A stretch of DNA of 64,000 nucleotides, taken from positions 544,001 through 608,000 of the forward strand of contig CAWIXE010000001.1 in the NCBI GenBank assembly GCA_963840035.1. The letters are read 5' to 3'. Of the stretch, positions 20,127-29,592 are shown one piece after another. Both the position numbers and the translations under genes were made by a program. This stretch comes from a candidate division FCPU426 bacterium. GTDB lineage: Bacteria > Oederibacteriota > PGYV01 > Palsa-1178. Under the pieces are notes generated by a model. That model saw only the letters and a list, made by a program, of their open reading frames with translations. It searched no databases and had not been told where the DNA came from. Each line of letters begins with the position of its first letter. Positions within the stretch are counted from its first letter, which is position 1.

Positions 20127-22250
20127 ATGGCCGTTTTCGCTTTAGACATAGGAACCCGCAAGGTAGCCGGCATATTAGGCGAGCTTCGCGGAGAGAGAGT
20201 GCACATCATAGATGCCGTTTTAATGGAGCATGAAAAACGCGCCATGATAGACGGGCAGATACACTCCATAGAGGGCGTCACAGACATTGTGCGCAAAATA
20301 AAGAACGAGCTTGAAATGCGCAACGGCATTATAATTGAAAAGGTCACAACAGCGCTCGCGGGCAGGAGCCTTCATACGGAAAAGACGGATGTTATCATAG
20401 AAAAAAAGGGCGATGTCACGAAGGAAGACCTGGCTTACCTGGAGATGTTAAGCGTAAAGCAGGCAAATGAAAAGCTGACCGGCCAGAAAAAACTTGATTA
20501 TTACTGCGTGGGTTATTCCACGGTTTCATTCTCCGTCGACGGCGAGGTAATGAAGTCCCCGCTGCAGCAGCTGGCAAAAAGGTCGCTTGGCATTTCCACC
20601 ATAGTTACATTCCTTCCCAAACCGGTATTTGACTCCATGGTCACGGTCTTAAACAACTGCGGCCTGGTCATAGACGCGATAACGCTTGAGCCAATAGCGG
20701 CGTTATCAGTCACAATCCCGGAGGACATGAGGCTTTTAAACCTCGCGCTTGTGGACGTGGGCGCGGGAACATCGGACATCGCGATAACTGACAAGGGTAA
20801 AATAACAGCGTATGGCATGATACCAAAAGCAGGGGACGAGATAACTGAAGCGATCTGCCATGAATTCCTGGTGGATTTTAACACGGCGGAAAAAGTAAAG
20901 AGGAAAGCTGAAAGCCCGGAAGAAGCCGGGGCTAAAGACATATTTAATAACCCTGTGATTGTTACCGCGGAAAAATTCCGCGAGGCGGTATTTGCAAAGA
21001 CAGAAGAAGTGGCCAAAGATGTTGCAGACGGAATTTTAATGTTAAACGGAAAACAGCCGCAGGCGGTTGTCATGGTAGGCGGCGGAAGTTCGCTTATGCT
21101 TTTACGCGAGCGCGTGGCCGCGAATTTAAGCCTGCCGGTGGGCAGGGTCGGCGCGAGGACCCCGGAGACCATTACAAACATAGAAAACCTGCCTGACGTG
21201 TTAAAGGGCACTGAAGGAATAACCCCCCTTGGCATACTCGAGACCGCGCTTTTCAAAAGGGGCATAGGATTTGTGGATGTCACTGTAAACGGCGAAAAAG
21301 AATACGTCATAAACCTCGACCAGGAGATAAAAGTCGTGGACGTGCTGGCGTCGCGCGGCATGGAAATGAAGAGGCTTTACGGAAAACCCGGAAACTCGCT
21401 TACCTTTACATTTAACGGAGAGCTTAAGATACTGCGCGGGAGCCACGGCGAACACGCGAAAATATATGTCAACAACGACGAGAGACAGCTTGAAGACAGG
21501 GTATATAAAGGCGACGCCATATTCATAACGTCGGCAAAAGACGGCGCTTCAGCCTCGGCCATAATAAGGGACATCATAGGCGAACACTACGTCACAGTAG
21601 TTGAGATAAACGGCAAGAAACACGAGATAGCGCCGCTGGTCCTGCGCGAAGGCAGGGAAGTCACAATAGACGAGCCTTTAACGGACAGGGCGGATATTAC
21701 AGCGGAGAGGATAGACATGGCCGCGGACGTGCTTGCAAGGGCCGGCTATGAGATAAAGGCGTCGAACGAGCGCGACATCATAATAACAGTCAACGGCGAA
21801 CCGCAGGTTTTAAAGCAGAGGAACTACCAGCTGAAGGTAAACGGCGTAGAAGTCGCGGCCGATTATAAGCTGCGCAACATGGACAGGGTGGAATACAAGG
21901 ACACGCCGGCGTATTACAGGGTAAAAGACGTGCTGAAAACCTCGCGCAAGCACAAGATAAGCGTCATCATAAACGGCAAGCCTTTTGAGATGGAACAGGA
22001 AAATTCCGGAATATTCATGAACGGAAAGAAAGTCTCGGAGGACGAGTTCCTCATTAACGGCGCCTCCATAGACATAAAATCAAACGAAGAAAAAATGATA
22101 CTATCCTCGGTATTTAAGTTCTACCCCATAGACACGCAGAGAATCAAAGGAAGGCTCCTGGAGCTGAAGGTTAACGGCGAAAAAGCCGGCTACACCACCC
22201 AGATAACCGAAGGCGCAAACATAGAAATAAACTTCACAGACGCGGTATAA
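20127..22250 (+). CDS. FtsA/PilM-like actin-fold ATPase with long repetitive C-terminal extension
   Basis: ALDIGTRKV, LEPIAA, LVDVGAGTSD, VMVGGGS; C-terminal repeats of (V/I)NG(E/K).. Confidence 0.8.
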   Translation: MAVFALDIGTRKVAGILGELRGERVHIIDAVLMEHEKRAMIDGQIHSIEGVTDIVRKIKNELEMRNGIIIEKVTTALAGRSLHTEKTDVIIEKKGDVTKEDLAYLEMLSVKQANEKLTGQKKLDYYCVGYSTVSFSVDGEVMKSPLQQLAKRSLGISTIVTFLPKPVFDSMVTVLNNCGLVIDAITLEPIAALSVTIPEDMRLLNLALVDVGAGTSDIAITDKGKITAYGMIPKAGDEITEAICHEFLVDFNTAEKVKRKAESPEEAGAKDIFNNPVIVTAEKFREAVFAKTEEVAKDVADGILMLNGKQPQAVVMVGGGSSLMLLRERVAANLSLPVGRVGARTPETITNIENLPDVLKGTEGITPLGILETALFKRGIGFVDVTVNGEKEYVINLDQEIKVVDVLASRGMEMKRLYGKPGNSLTFTFNGELKILRGSHGEHAKIYVNNDERQLEDRVYKGDAIFITSAKDGASASAIIRDIIGEHYVTVVEINGKKHEIAPLVLREGREVTIDEPLTDRADITAERIDMAADVLARAGYEIKASNERDIIITVNGEPQVLKQRNYQLKVNGVEVAADYKLRNMDRVEYKDTPAYYRVKDVLKTSRKHKISVIINGKPFEMEQENSGIFMNGKKVSEDEFLINGASIDIKSNEEKMILSSVFKFYPIDTQRIKGRLLELKVNGEKAGYTTQITEGANIEINFTDAV

Positions 22251-22331
22251 AAACAGGGAAGCATAAGGGCAAATTCTTGAAATATTCAGTATTTTAAAAC
22301 TCTTAACAAAACAAGTCCATGCGGAGGTTCC

Positions 22332-23018
22332 ATGAAAAAATTACTGATTTTAGTTGTTATGTGTCTGTCATTTCCGGCGTTGTATGCATCCGATGAAACT
22401 GCCGCAGCGCAGACAGTGACCCCGGCCGCAAAGAACGCGGTGATATTTGACGGCGCATCAGGTTCAATAACAATGATAGCAAAAGCAATCAAGGCACCGG
22501 CGACAATAGGCATAACCGGGCTTTCATTCAGGTTCTTAAACTCTAAATGGGAAGGATTTGAGATACCAGTAGGAATATCATTTTCATCCAGTGGGGCAGA
22601 CCAATCAGGCAACAATGATTTTCGCGTTGGAGGAAGTATATATACAGGGTATAAGCTCATAATACCGTCATTTATGAATGAGTATATAAGGATATATTCT
22701 ATACCGGGAATTACAGGAAGTTATCAATTCCAGTACGAACACTATAATAGCACGAGTGACCCGGCTTATACAGAATTAAGCCATAGCTTTGGTTTGACCC
22801 TGTATGCAGGGTTGGAGATTGAAGTGCCGATAGGCAAACTTCTGTCGCTCCCGCCAAATACAATATGTGTTTCAAGCGGTGTTTCAGTTTATGGAGGCGG
22901 GACTGTAACGACAAATTATGTAAACGGAAAATATAAGAAAATAACCGCAAATATGAACTGCAGCACAGGCTCATCAGGAACAAGCCTGACAACACTGTCA
23001 GTAAGGTATTATTTTTAA
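22332..23018 (+). CDS. Exported, probable outer-membrane beta-barrel protein
   Basis: Signal peptide, alternating beta-strand pattern, C-terminal VRYYF. Confidence 0.6.
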   Translation: MKKLLILVVMCLSFPALYASDETAAAQTVTPAAKNAVIFDGASGSITMIAKAIKAPATIGITGLSFRFLNSKWEGFEIPVGISFSSSGADQSGNNDFRVGGSIYTGYKLIIPSFMNEYIRIYSIPGITGSYQFQYEHYNSTSDPAYTELSHSFGLTLYAGLEIEVPIGKLLSLPPNTICVSSGVSVYGGGTVTTNYVNGKYKKITANMNCSTGSSGTSLTTLSVRYYF

Positions 23019-23033
23019 GGACACGAAAATACA

Positions 23034-23195
23034 ATGACGGATAATAAAACAGCAATACAAGAACAGGCAGAAAAACCATTATCCATATTTATTAAAGGGC
23101 TGGTAATTGGGGTTGTCGTACTTATAACAGGCGTAGTCATCTATATAGCCGCGTTTGTTTTGCCTGTCGCGTTAACCCTTTCAGGCTGGGAATAA
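23034..23195 (+). CDS. Small (53 aa) membrane protein, not in ORF track
   Basis: ATG..TAA open frame MTDNKTAIQEQAEKPLSIFIKGLVIGVVVLITGVVIYIAAFVLPVALTLSGWE, AAGGA upstream. Confidence 0.5.
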   Translation: MTDNKTAIQEQAEKPLSIFIKGLVIGVVVLITGVVIYIAAFVLPVALTLSGWE

Positions 23196-23198
23196 ACT

Positions 23199-23267
23199 GT
23201 AGAGAGGCGGCTTGCTGCCTCTCACAGCAGAACGCCGCGTCTGAGAGGGGGCAAGCCCCCTCTCTAC
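23199..23267. repeat. Inverted REP pair
   Basis: GTAGAGAGGCGGCTTGCTGCCTCTC ... GAGAGGGGGCAAGCCCCCTCTCTAC. Confidence 0.7.
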
Positions 23268-23280
23268 AAGATCAAAATAT

Positions 23281-23323
23281 TTGACAAAAACTTCCTTAGA
23301 GTGTATACTTGAAGTGTACACTT
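23281..23323 (+). promoter_or_regulatory. Sigma70 promoter with two palindromic operators for the TA operon
   Basis: TTGACA-17 nt-TATACT; palindromes AGTGTATACT (23300-09, imperfect) and AAGTGTACACTT (23312-23). Confidence 0.75.
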
Positions 23324-23335
23324 AAGGAGGCGGTT

Positions 23336-23584
23336 ATGAAGGCGAACTTTTTGGACTTTAGAAAACACACAAAGAACATCATCAAAGCCCTTGAATTAAA
23401 CGAAACTGTCACAGTTATGTACCGTGGCAAGGAAAAGGGCAAACTATACCCCACCGGCAGCCAAAAAAACACAAAAACATCGGTTAAAGATCATCCTGTG
23501 TTCGGCATGTGGAAGAACAGGCAGGACATGACGGATCCTGTCAAATACGTGCGCAAGATAAGGGAGTCGCGGCATGATTTTTGA
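23336..23584 (+). CDS. Phd/YefM-like antitoxin
   Basis: MKANFLDFRK..IIKALE..ETVTVMYRGK; overlaps the PIN gene. Confidence 0.75.
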   Translation: MKANFLDFRKHTKNIIKALELNETVTVMYRGKEKGKLYPTGSQKNTKTSVKDHPVFGMWKNRQDMTDPVKYVRKIRESRHDF

Positions 23585-23951
23585 TACGGATATTTTGATA
23601 TGGGTAATGCGTGGAAATGAAAAGGCCGCAAAGCTGGTGCAATCGGCGTACAGACGTTTTATTTCAGTGGTTACTTATATGGAACTTATTCAGGGCTGCA
23701 GGGATAAGGGCGAATTACTTAATATTAAATCTTTTTTGGAAGAATTTGATTTTGATATGCTTGCATTAACTGAAAATACAGGTCACAGGGCGTCCATTTA
23801 TATTGAACAATACGCTTTAAAGTCAGGGATGAGGCTGGCAGACGCCTTAATCGCATCAACCGCGGTAGAGCGTGCGTTGCCTTTATCCACGGCAAATGTT
23901 AAAGATTATAAAATGATTACTGATATTGATTTAAAGGCGTTTCATCCTTAA
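23574..23951 (+). CDS. vapC: PIN-domain toxin
   Basis: IFDTDILI, SVVTYMEL..G, ADALIASTA, TANVKDY. Confidence 0.9.
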   Translation: MIFDTDILIWVMRGNEKAAKLVQSAYRRFISVVTYMELIQGCRDKGELLNIKSFLEEFDFDMLALTENTGHRASIYIEQYALKSGMRLADALIASTAVERALPLSTANVKDYKMITDIDLKAFHP

Positions 23952-24475
23952 AAAAACACCTGAGTGACCCTTATTTTTTTATCCTTCGATATTGACGCGC
24001 CTGTTCCAACCAGCGTGTAATCCCCGTTTAAAATATTTTTCCTGTGGCCTTCGCTGTTCATCCAGCCCCTGACAATCCTCCACGCCATCTGGTCGACCGG
24101 CTCTAAATACGGCGATTCAACCCCGTTTTCCTCCATATAAGACTGGTGCTGGGCAATGTTTTCGCCAACGCCTATGCGGGTGGAGTTCTTTTTTTCCAGC
24201 CTGATGTTATATCCGGCTTTTTTTGCACGGTCATTCGGGGACAAACCTTCTGGGGTGACGTGCGAGGTGTAATCCCTTTTTGCCATGTCAGTGGAGTGGG
24301 CTGAGGCGATTTGGGAAAGTTTGGCTGAGGCTTTCAGGGGCTTAAGGCCGTTTTTGACCCGTTCTTTGTTGACGTAAGAGAAGACCTTTTGCTCGAGGGT
24401 GGTCTTATAGTCGGAGGCATGGCAGAGTATTGGCGTTAAGGATAAAACAAAAAGAAACAGTAATAATTTTTTCAT
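23948..24475 (-). CDS. Secreted CAP/SCP-domain protein
   Basis: Signal peptide MKKLLLFLF; VNKER..GLKPL, HSTDMA, GENIA, WMNSEGHRKNIL. Confidence 0.92.
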   Translation of the reverse strand: MKKLLLFLFVLSLTPILCHASDYKTTLEQKVFSYVNKERVKNGLKPLKASAKLSQIASAHSTDMAKRDYTSHVTPEGLSPNDRAKKAGYNIRLEKKNSTRIGVGENIAQHQSYMEENGVESPYLEPVDQMAWRIVRGWMNSEGHRKNILNGDYTLVGTGASISKDKKIRVTQVFF

Positions 24476-24519
24476 ATAATAATTATATATCACGATATGA
24501 TGAAAGTAAAGACGCAGTC

Positions 24520-24735
24520 GTAGAGACGGGGCTCGTCCCCGTCTAAGTGCAGGGGTTTGCAATCAAGGCAGTAGACGCCCACGAGGGGCGTCTCTACGAG
24601 TTCTAAAACCAACACGCGGGCCGCCACATAGCCATGTCCCGCAAAGCGGGAGGCGGCCCCTACAGGGAATGTCTGTTTTATTTGCCCCTGTAGGGGCGAC
24701 CTCCCGCTTTGCGGGACATGGCCATGTGGTCGCCC
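24520..24735. repeat. GTAG-REP cluster, including two REPs with an identical 21-nt loop insertion
   Basis: GTAGAGACGGGGCTCGTCCCCGTCT; GACGCCCACGAGGGGCGTCTCTAC; REPs at 24618-24663 and 24690-24735. Confidence 0.75.
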
Positions 24736-24851
24736 GACAGGCAAGTAATTATTTATTGACTAATCATTTGTTTGTGTTTATATTATCTGCTACAAGGTAG
24801 GGTTTGCAATTGGGAATTGCAAATTACAAATACAAACATATAGGGGGCTAT

Positions 24852-25958
24852 ATGGATTCACGTACTGCTTTAATTGCTTTGAACATGGTGCCGGGGATTG
24901 GTTCTGTAAAACTCAACAGGCTAATCGGCGCTTTCGGGTCGCCTGAGGACGTATTTAAGGCATGCGCGGAAGATTTGGCGCGCGTGGAAGGCATCGGCAC
25001 TGAGATAATAAGGCACATCATTAATTTTCCGGATATTTTCAACATAGATAAGGAACTAAAGGAATGCGAAGAGAAATCCATAAAGATCATAACCATATAC
25101 GACGACGCCTACCCAGTTCTTTTAAAAAAGATATTTGACCCGCCGCCCGTGCTTTATACCGCAGGCGCTTTTGAGAGATGGCCGGACCATTCCATGAACT
25201 TAGGCATTGTCGGCACCAGGATGGCTTCAGATTATGGCGAGCGCGCTTTAAAAAAAATCATAGAAGAGATACGCGCCTCAAAACTGCGCTTTAACACTGT
25301 CTCGGGCATGGCGCGGGGAATAGACGTTATCGCGCACATGGAGTCATTAAAGTGCGGCATTTATACGGCGGCTGTCCTGGGGTTCGGGCTTAACAAGCTT
25401 TATCCCTTTGACAAACATTACATTGCAGGGCATATAATAAAGAACGGCTGCCTTGTGTCGGAGTTCCCGCTGAACATGCTTCCTTTAAAGCAGAACTTCC
25501 CCCGCAGGAACAGGGTCATATCGGGCTTGTCCGACGCGGTGCTTGTCGTGGAGGCGGGCGAAAGGAGCGGCGCTCTTATTACTTCGGACTACGCGCTTGA
25601 GCAGGGCAGGGACGTTTTTGCGGTGCCGGGGTCCATATTCGCGGACAAATGCATGGGCACGAACTGGCTGATAAAGCAGGGGGCAAAACCCGTCACATCC
25701 TTTTTTGACATTGCCGAGGAGTATGAACTGCTGGGAAAGCCGGGACACAAGCAGATGGAACTGAAGCTGACCCTGCCGGATATGAACGAAAATGAGAGGA
25801 AAATATACGATATTTTGACTTTTGAAAAAAAACATATTGACAATATAGCAATTGAAAGTAATATAGAGGTTATTAAATTGGGCGCCACACTCACCATAAT
25901 GGAGATGAAAGGCGCGGTCAAGCAGTTAAGCGGCAAGAACTTCATAAAAGCCGTATAA
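24852..25958 (+). CDS. dprA: DNA-processing protein DprA
   Basis: IVGTR, VSGMARGID, FPRRNRVISGLS, SGALIT..ALEQGRDVFAVPG. Confidence 0.96.
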   Translation: MDSRTALIALNMVPGIGSVKLNRLIGAFGSPEDVFKACAEDLARVEGIGTEIIRHIINFPDIFNIDKELKECEEKSIKIITIYDDAYPVLLKKIFDPPPVLYTAGAFERWPDHSMNLGIVGTRMASDYGERALKKIIEEIRASKLRFNTVSGMARGIDVIAHMESLKCGIYTAAVLGFGLNKLYPFDKHYIAGHIIKNGCLVSEFPLNMLPLKQNFPRRNRVISGLSDAVLVVEAGERSGALITSDYALEQGRDVFAVPGSIFADKCMGTNWLIKQGAKPVTSFFDIAEEYELLGKPGHKQMELKLTLPDMNENERKIYDILTFEKKHIDNIAIESNIEVIKLGATLTIMEMKGAVKQLSGKNFIKAV

Positions 25959-25976
25959 ACCAAAGCGGAGAGACAA

Positions 25977-28469
25977 GTGGAAGAAAACAAACCTGAAGAA
26001 AAAAAGCCTGAGACGATATCCACGGAAACATCAACGCCCGCGGACGAGCAAGAGCAGACACCAGGGGATGTAACCACTGAAGCAGGGACGCCGGAAACCG
26101 AGACAGGCGCGGCGCCCAAGAAAAAAGCAAAGGCAAAGGCGAAGAAAGCCAAAACAAAAAAACCAAAGGGCGGGAAGATAATCCTCGTTGAGTCGCCCAC
26201 CAAGGTCCACACCATACAAAAATACGTCAAAGGAAAATACCATGTCATGGCCACCAAGGGCCACGTCAAGGACCTTCCAAAATCAAAGCTCGGCATTGAC
26301 ATAGAGCATAACTTCGAACCGTACTACATAGTTTTAAAGGACAAGAGGAAGATACTCTCCGAGATAAAAAAGGAAGTCAAGAAAGTCGACGAGGTATACC
26401 TGGCTACCGACCCTGACCGCGAGGGAGAAGCCATATGCTGGCACGTAGCCGAAGAAGTCAAGAAATTAGGCGGGGATAAGAAGATATTCAGGGTCATGTT
26501 CAATGAAATCACAAAGACTGCCGTATTAAAAGCGCTGGAAAACCCGCGCGAGATAAACATGAACCTGGTTAACGCCCAGCAGGCAAGAAGGGTTTTGGAC
26601 AGGCTCGTGGGATACAAGATAAGCCCGCTGTTATGGAAAGCCATCAGGAAAGGCCTCTCAGCCGGACGCGTCCAGTCGGTCGCGCTAAAGCTCATAGTTG
26701 AAAGGCAGGCGGAGATAGACAAATTCAACCCTGTGGAATACTGGTCCATACGCGCCATACTGGAAAACAGCGGCAAGATGGCCATTGACTCTAAATTAAC
26801 CGAGAAAAACGGCGAAAAGATAGACTTAAAAAATGAGGCGGACAGCGGCGCCATAGTGGAAGAGTTAAAGAACGCGGAATATATAATAAGCGAAGTGGTA
26901 AAAAAGGAACGGCGCAGGAAAGCGCTCCCTCCTTTCATCACTTCAACCCTCCAGCAGGACTCGGCGCGCAAGTACCATTTCACGGCGCAAAAGACCATGA
27001 TGATAGCCCAGCAGTTATACGAGGGCGTGACTATCGCGGGAGAGGGCCAGGTCGGTTTGATAACATACATGAGGACCGACTCGCTGCGTGTATCCGAAGA
27101 AGCGCAGAAAGAAGCAGTGGCGTACATAGAATCCAGCCTCGGAAAAGAATTCCTTCCAGAGACCCCCAACGTTTACAAATCAAGAAAGTCGGCGCAGGAC
27201 GCGCATGAAGCCATAAGGCCTTCTTCAGTGGCGCGCCACCCCAACGACATAAAAGAAAACCTCGACAACGACCAGTTCAAGGTTTACTCGTTAATATGGA
27301 AAAGGTTCGTCGCCTCGCAGATGTCGCCGGCAGTGTTTGACGATACGCGCGTAAAGATAGCGGCCGGGCCATACACATTCCAGGCAAACGGCTCCATACA
27401 GAAATTTGAAGGCTTCTTAAAGGTATATGAAGTCATAACAGACGCTGAGAAACCCGCTGAGAACAGCAATGGCGCCGGCAATGACGAGGACAAACCCGAA
27501 GACAGGCGCCTGCCGGAAGTAACGCAGGGGGAAAAGCTTGACTTAAAGGAACTCCTGCCCGAACAGCACTTTACACAGCCGCCTCCGGCATTCTCGGACG
27601 CCACGCTCGTTAAAGCGCTTGAAGAAAAGGACATCGGAAGGCCGTCCACATACGCGCCGATTATAACGACGCTGGTCGCGCGCAAGTATATTACAAGGGA
27701 CAGGGGAAAGTTCGAGCCCACAGAACTGGGCACGCTTGTTTCCGACATACTGCTTAAACATTTTTCCACCATTATAAATGAAGAGTTCACTGCCAAAATG
27801 GAAACAGACCTGGACAAGGTCGAGGAAGGTTCCATAGAATGGCACGACCTCATGAGGACTTTTTACACGACCTTTGATGTGCTTTTAAAGGCGGCAGAGC
27901 CTTTCATGCTGGACATGCGCAAGGATATCGAAGGCGACACCGGCGAGATATGCGAAAAGTGCGGGGGAAAGATGATCATAAAGTGGGGCAGGCACGGCAA
28001 GTTCATGTCCTGCGAAAAATACCCCGAGTGCAAAAACGCAAAGCCGCTCGGCGAGGACGGCAAGAAAAAGGAAGAGGTGCAGCTAAACGAGAACTGCCCG
28101 ACATGCGGCGCGCCGCTTATCATAAAGCACGGGCCATACGGAGAGTTCATAGCGTGCTCAAAGTACCCGGAGTGCAAATACACCAAGCAGATAGTAAAAA
28201 AGGTCGGCGTCAACTGCCCGGACTGCGGCGGGGACATCATAGAGAGGACCTTCAAGCGCTTCAGGAAATTCTACGGCTGCTCGAACTACCCCACATGCAA
28301 ATTCATGGTATGGGACAAGCCGCTGGCGGAAAAGTGCCCGAAGTGCGGGGCTGACTACCTCCTCGAAAAATGGAAAAAGACAGGGTCCATAGTATACTGC
28401 AAAAAATGCGACTACAAAGCTGACAAGGTTCAGGCGGAGGAAACACCTCCTACCCCGAAAAATGAGTAA
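25977..28469 (+). CDS. topA: DNA topoisomerase I
   Basis: VESPTK, ATDPDREGE, SAGRVQS, ITYMRTDS, C-terminal Zn ribbons. Confidence 0.97.
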   Translation: MEENKPEEKKPETISTETSTPADEQEQTPGDVTTEAGTPETETGAAPKKKAKAKAKKAKTKKPKGGKIILVESPTKVHTIQKYVKGKYHVMATKGHVKDLPKSKLGIDIEHNFEPYYIVLKDKRKILSEIKKEVKKVDEVYLATDPDREGEAICWHVAEEVKKLGGDKKIFRVMFNEITKTAVLKALENPREINMNLVNAQQARRVLDRLVGYKISPLLWKAIRKGLSAGRVQSVALKLIVERQAEIDKFNPVEYWSIRAILENSGKMAIDSKLTEKNGEKIDLKNEADSGAIVEELKNAEYIISEVVKKERRRKALPPFITSTLQQDSARKYHFTAQKTMMIAQQLYEGVTIAGEGQVGLITYMRTDSLRVSEEAQKEAVAYIESSLGKEFLPETPNVYKSRKSAQDAHEAIRPSSVARHPNDIKENLDNDQFKVYSLIWKRFVASQMSPAVFDDTRVKIAAGPYTFQANGSIQKFEGFLKVYEVITDAEKPAENSNGAGNDEDKPEDRRLPEVTQGEKLDLKELLPEQHFTQPPPAFSDATLVKALEEKDIGRPSTYAPIITTLVARKYITRDRGKFEPTELGTLVSDILLKHFSTIINEEFTAKMETDLDKVEEGSIEWHDLMRTFYTTFDVLLKAAEPFMLDMRKDIEGDTGEICEKCGGKMIIKWGRHGKFMSCEKYPECKNAKPLGEDGKKKEEVQLNENCPTCGAPLIIKHGPYGEFIACSKYPECKYTKQIVKKVGVNCPDCGGDIIERTFKRFRKFYGCSNYPTCKFMVWDKPLAEKCPKCGADYLLEKWKKTGSIVYCKKCDYKADKVQAEETPPTPKNE

Positions 28470-29343
28470 CGCGGAAGAAAACCTCGCGTCTTATACGAAA
28501 TACCTGTCACATGAAAAAAACTATTCCATACACACCGTGGACAACTACTCCCGCGACATACGCCAGTTCCTGGAATTCACCGGCGGCGAAATAAACGTCA
28601 ACGAGGCAAAGCTCAGGGGTTTCCTTGAGTTTTTAGGCAAAAAAAAATACGACAAGACTTCGGTGGTCCGCAAGATAGTGGCGGTGAGGAACTTCTACAA
28701 ATACCTGGCCAGGCATAAAATAATCACAAAGAACCCTTTCCTGTACATACTCACCCCAAAAGACGACAAGAAGCTTCCCACATATTTAACCGAGGCCGAG
28801 GCAGCGGCCCTGCTGGACACCATGGACACTTCGGATTTTTTTAAGCTGCGCGACAGGGTCATGCTGGAACTTTTATATTCTACAGGAATCCGCGTGCACG
28901 AGATTACCACGCTGGATACGGGAGATGTGGATTTTGTAAATGAGGAAGTAAAAGTGCTGGGCAAGGGCGGCAAGGAGCGTATTGTCCCGTGCGGAGGCAA
29001 AGCAATAACGCTGCTGCGCGATTACATGAAAAAACTTAAAAGTTACGGGGCAGCAGACATATTATTCATCAACCAGCGCAACGGCAGGCTGACCCCGCGC
29101 TCGATTGAAATGATGATAAAGCAGGCAGCGATAAAAGCCGGCATAGACAAGAAAGTAACGCCGCATACCCTGCGCCATTCATTTGCCACCCACATGCTCG
29201 ACCACGGCGCTGACCTGCGCTCCGTGCAGGAACTGCTCGGCCACGCGAACCTGTCCACCACCCAAATATACACCCACCTTTCCATCGGAAAGCTGAAGAA
29301 AGAATATGATAAGGCGCATCCGAGGGCAAAAAAACCAATTTAG
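28462..29343 (+). CDS. xerC: XerC/D-family tyrosine recombinase
   Basis: RD..MLELLYSTGIR, GKGGKER, PHTLRHSFATH, LLGH..LSTTQIYTH; dprA-topA-xer synteny. Confidence 0.88.
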   Translation: MSNAEENLASYTKYLSHEKNYSIHTVDNYSRDIRQFLEFTGGEINVNEAKLRGFLEFLGKKKYDKTSVVRKIVAVRNFYKYLARHKIITKNPFLYILTPKDDKKLPTYLTEAEAAALLDTMDTSDFFKLRDRVMLELLYSTGIRVHEITTLDTGDVDFVNEEVKVLGKGGKERIVPCGGKAITLLRDYMKKLKSYGAADILFINQRNGRLTPRSIEMMIKQAAIKAGIDKKVTPHTLRHSFATHMLDHGADLRSVQELLGHANLSTTQIYTHLSIGKLKKEYDKAHPRAKKPI

Positions 29344-29592
29344 AACTTTCAATTTTAAATTTTCAATTAATGGCTAAAACAGGTGGTTTTACCGTTTTTT
29401 ATAATTGAAAATTGAAAATTTGGAATAGAAAATTAGTCCTGTTTTATCTATTTGAAAACCCCTCTTTTATATAGTATAATAAGGAAAGGCGGGAACATCA
29501 TAATTAACCCTTTTATTACAGGGGTTTATTATACGCACACCGGGAATTACATGAGAAAACCGTTAATATGACGGTTTGGAAACGGGAATTTA

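Noticed and set aside
13601..21361. Long minus-strand ORFs (e.g. 13601-14578, 14594-15637, 15618-16685, 17890-18963, 20513-21361)
   Set aside because: Antisense shadows of well-supported plus-strand genes with no recognisable motifs
28462..29343. Tyrosine recombinase as an island or integron integrase
   Set aside because: Housekeeping dprA-topA-xer context; no integron-specific insertion or attC array seen
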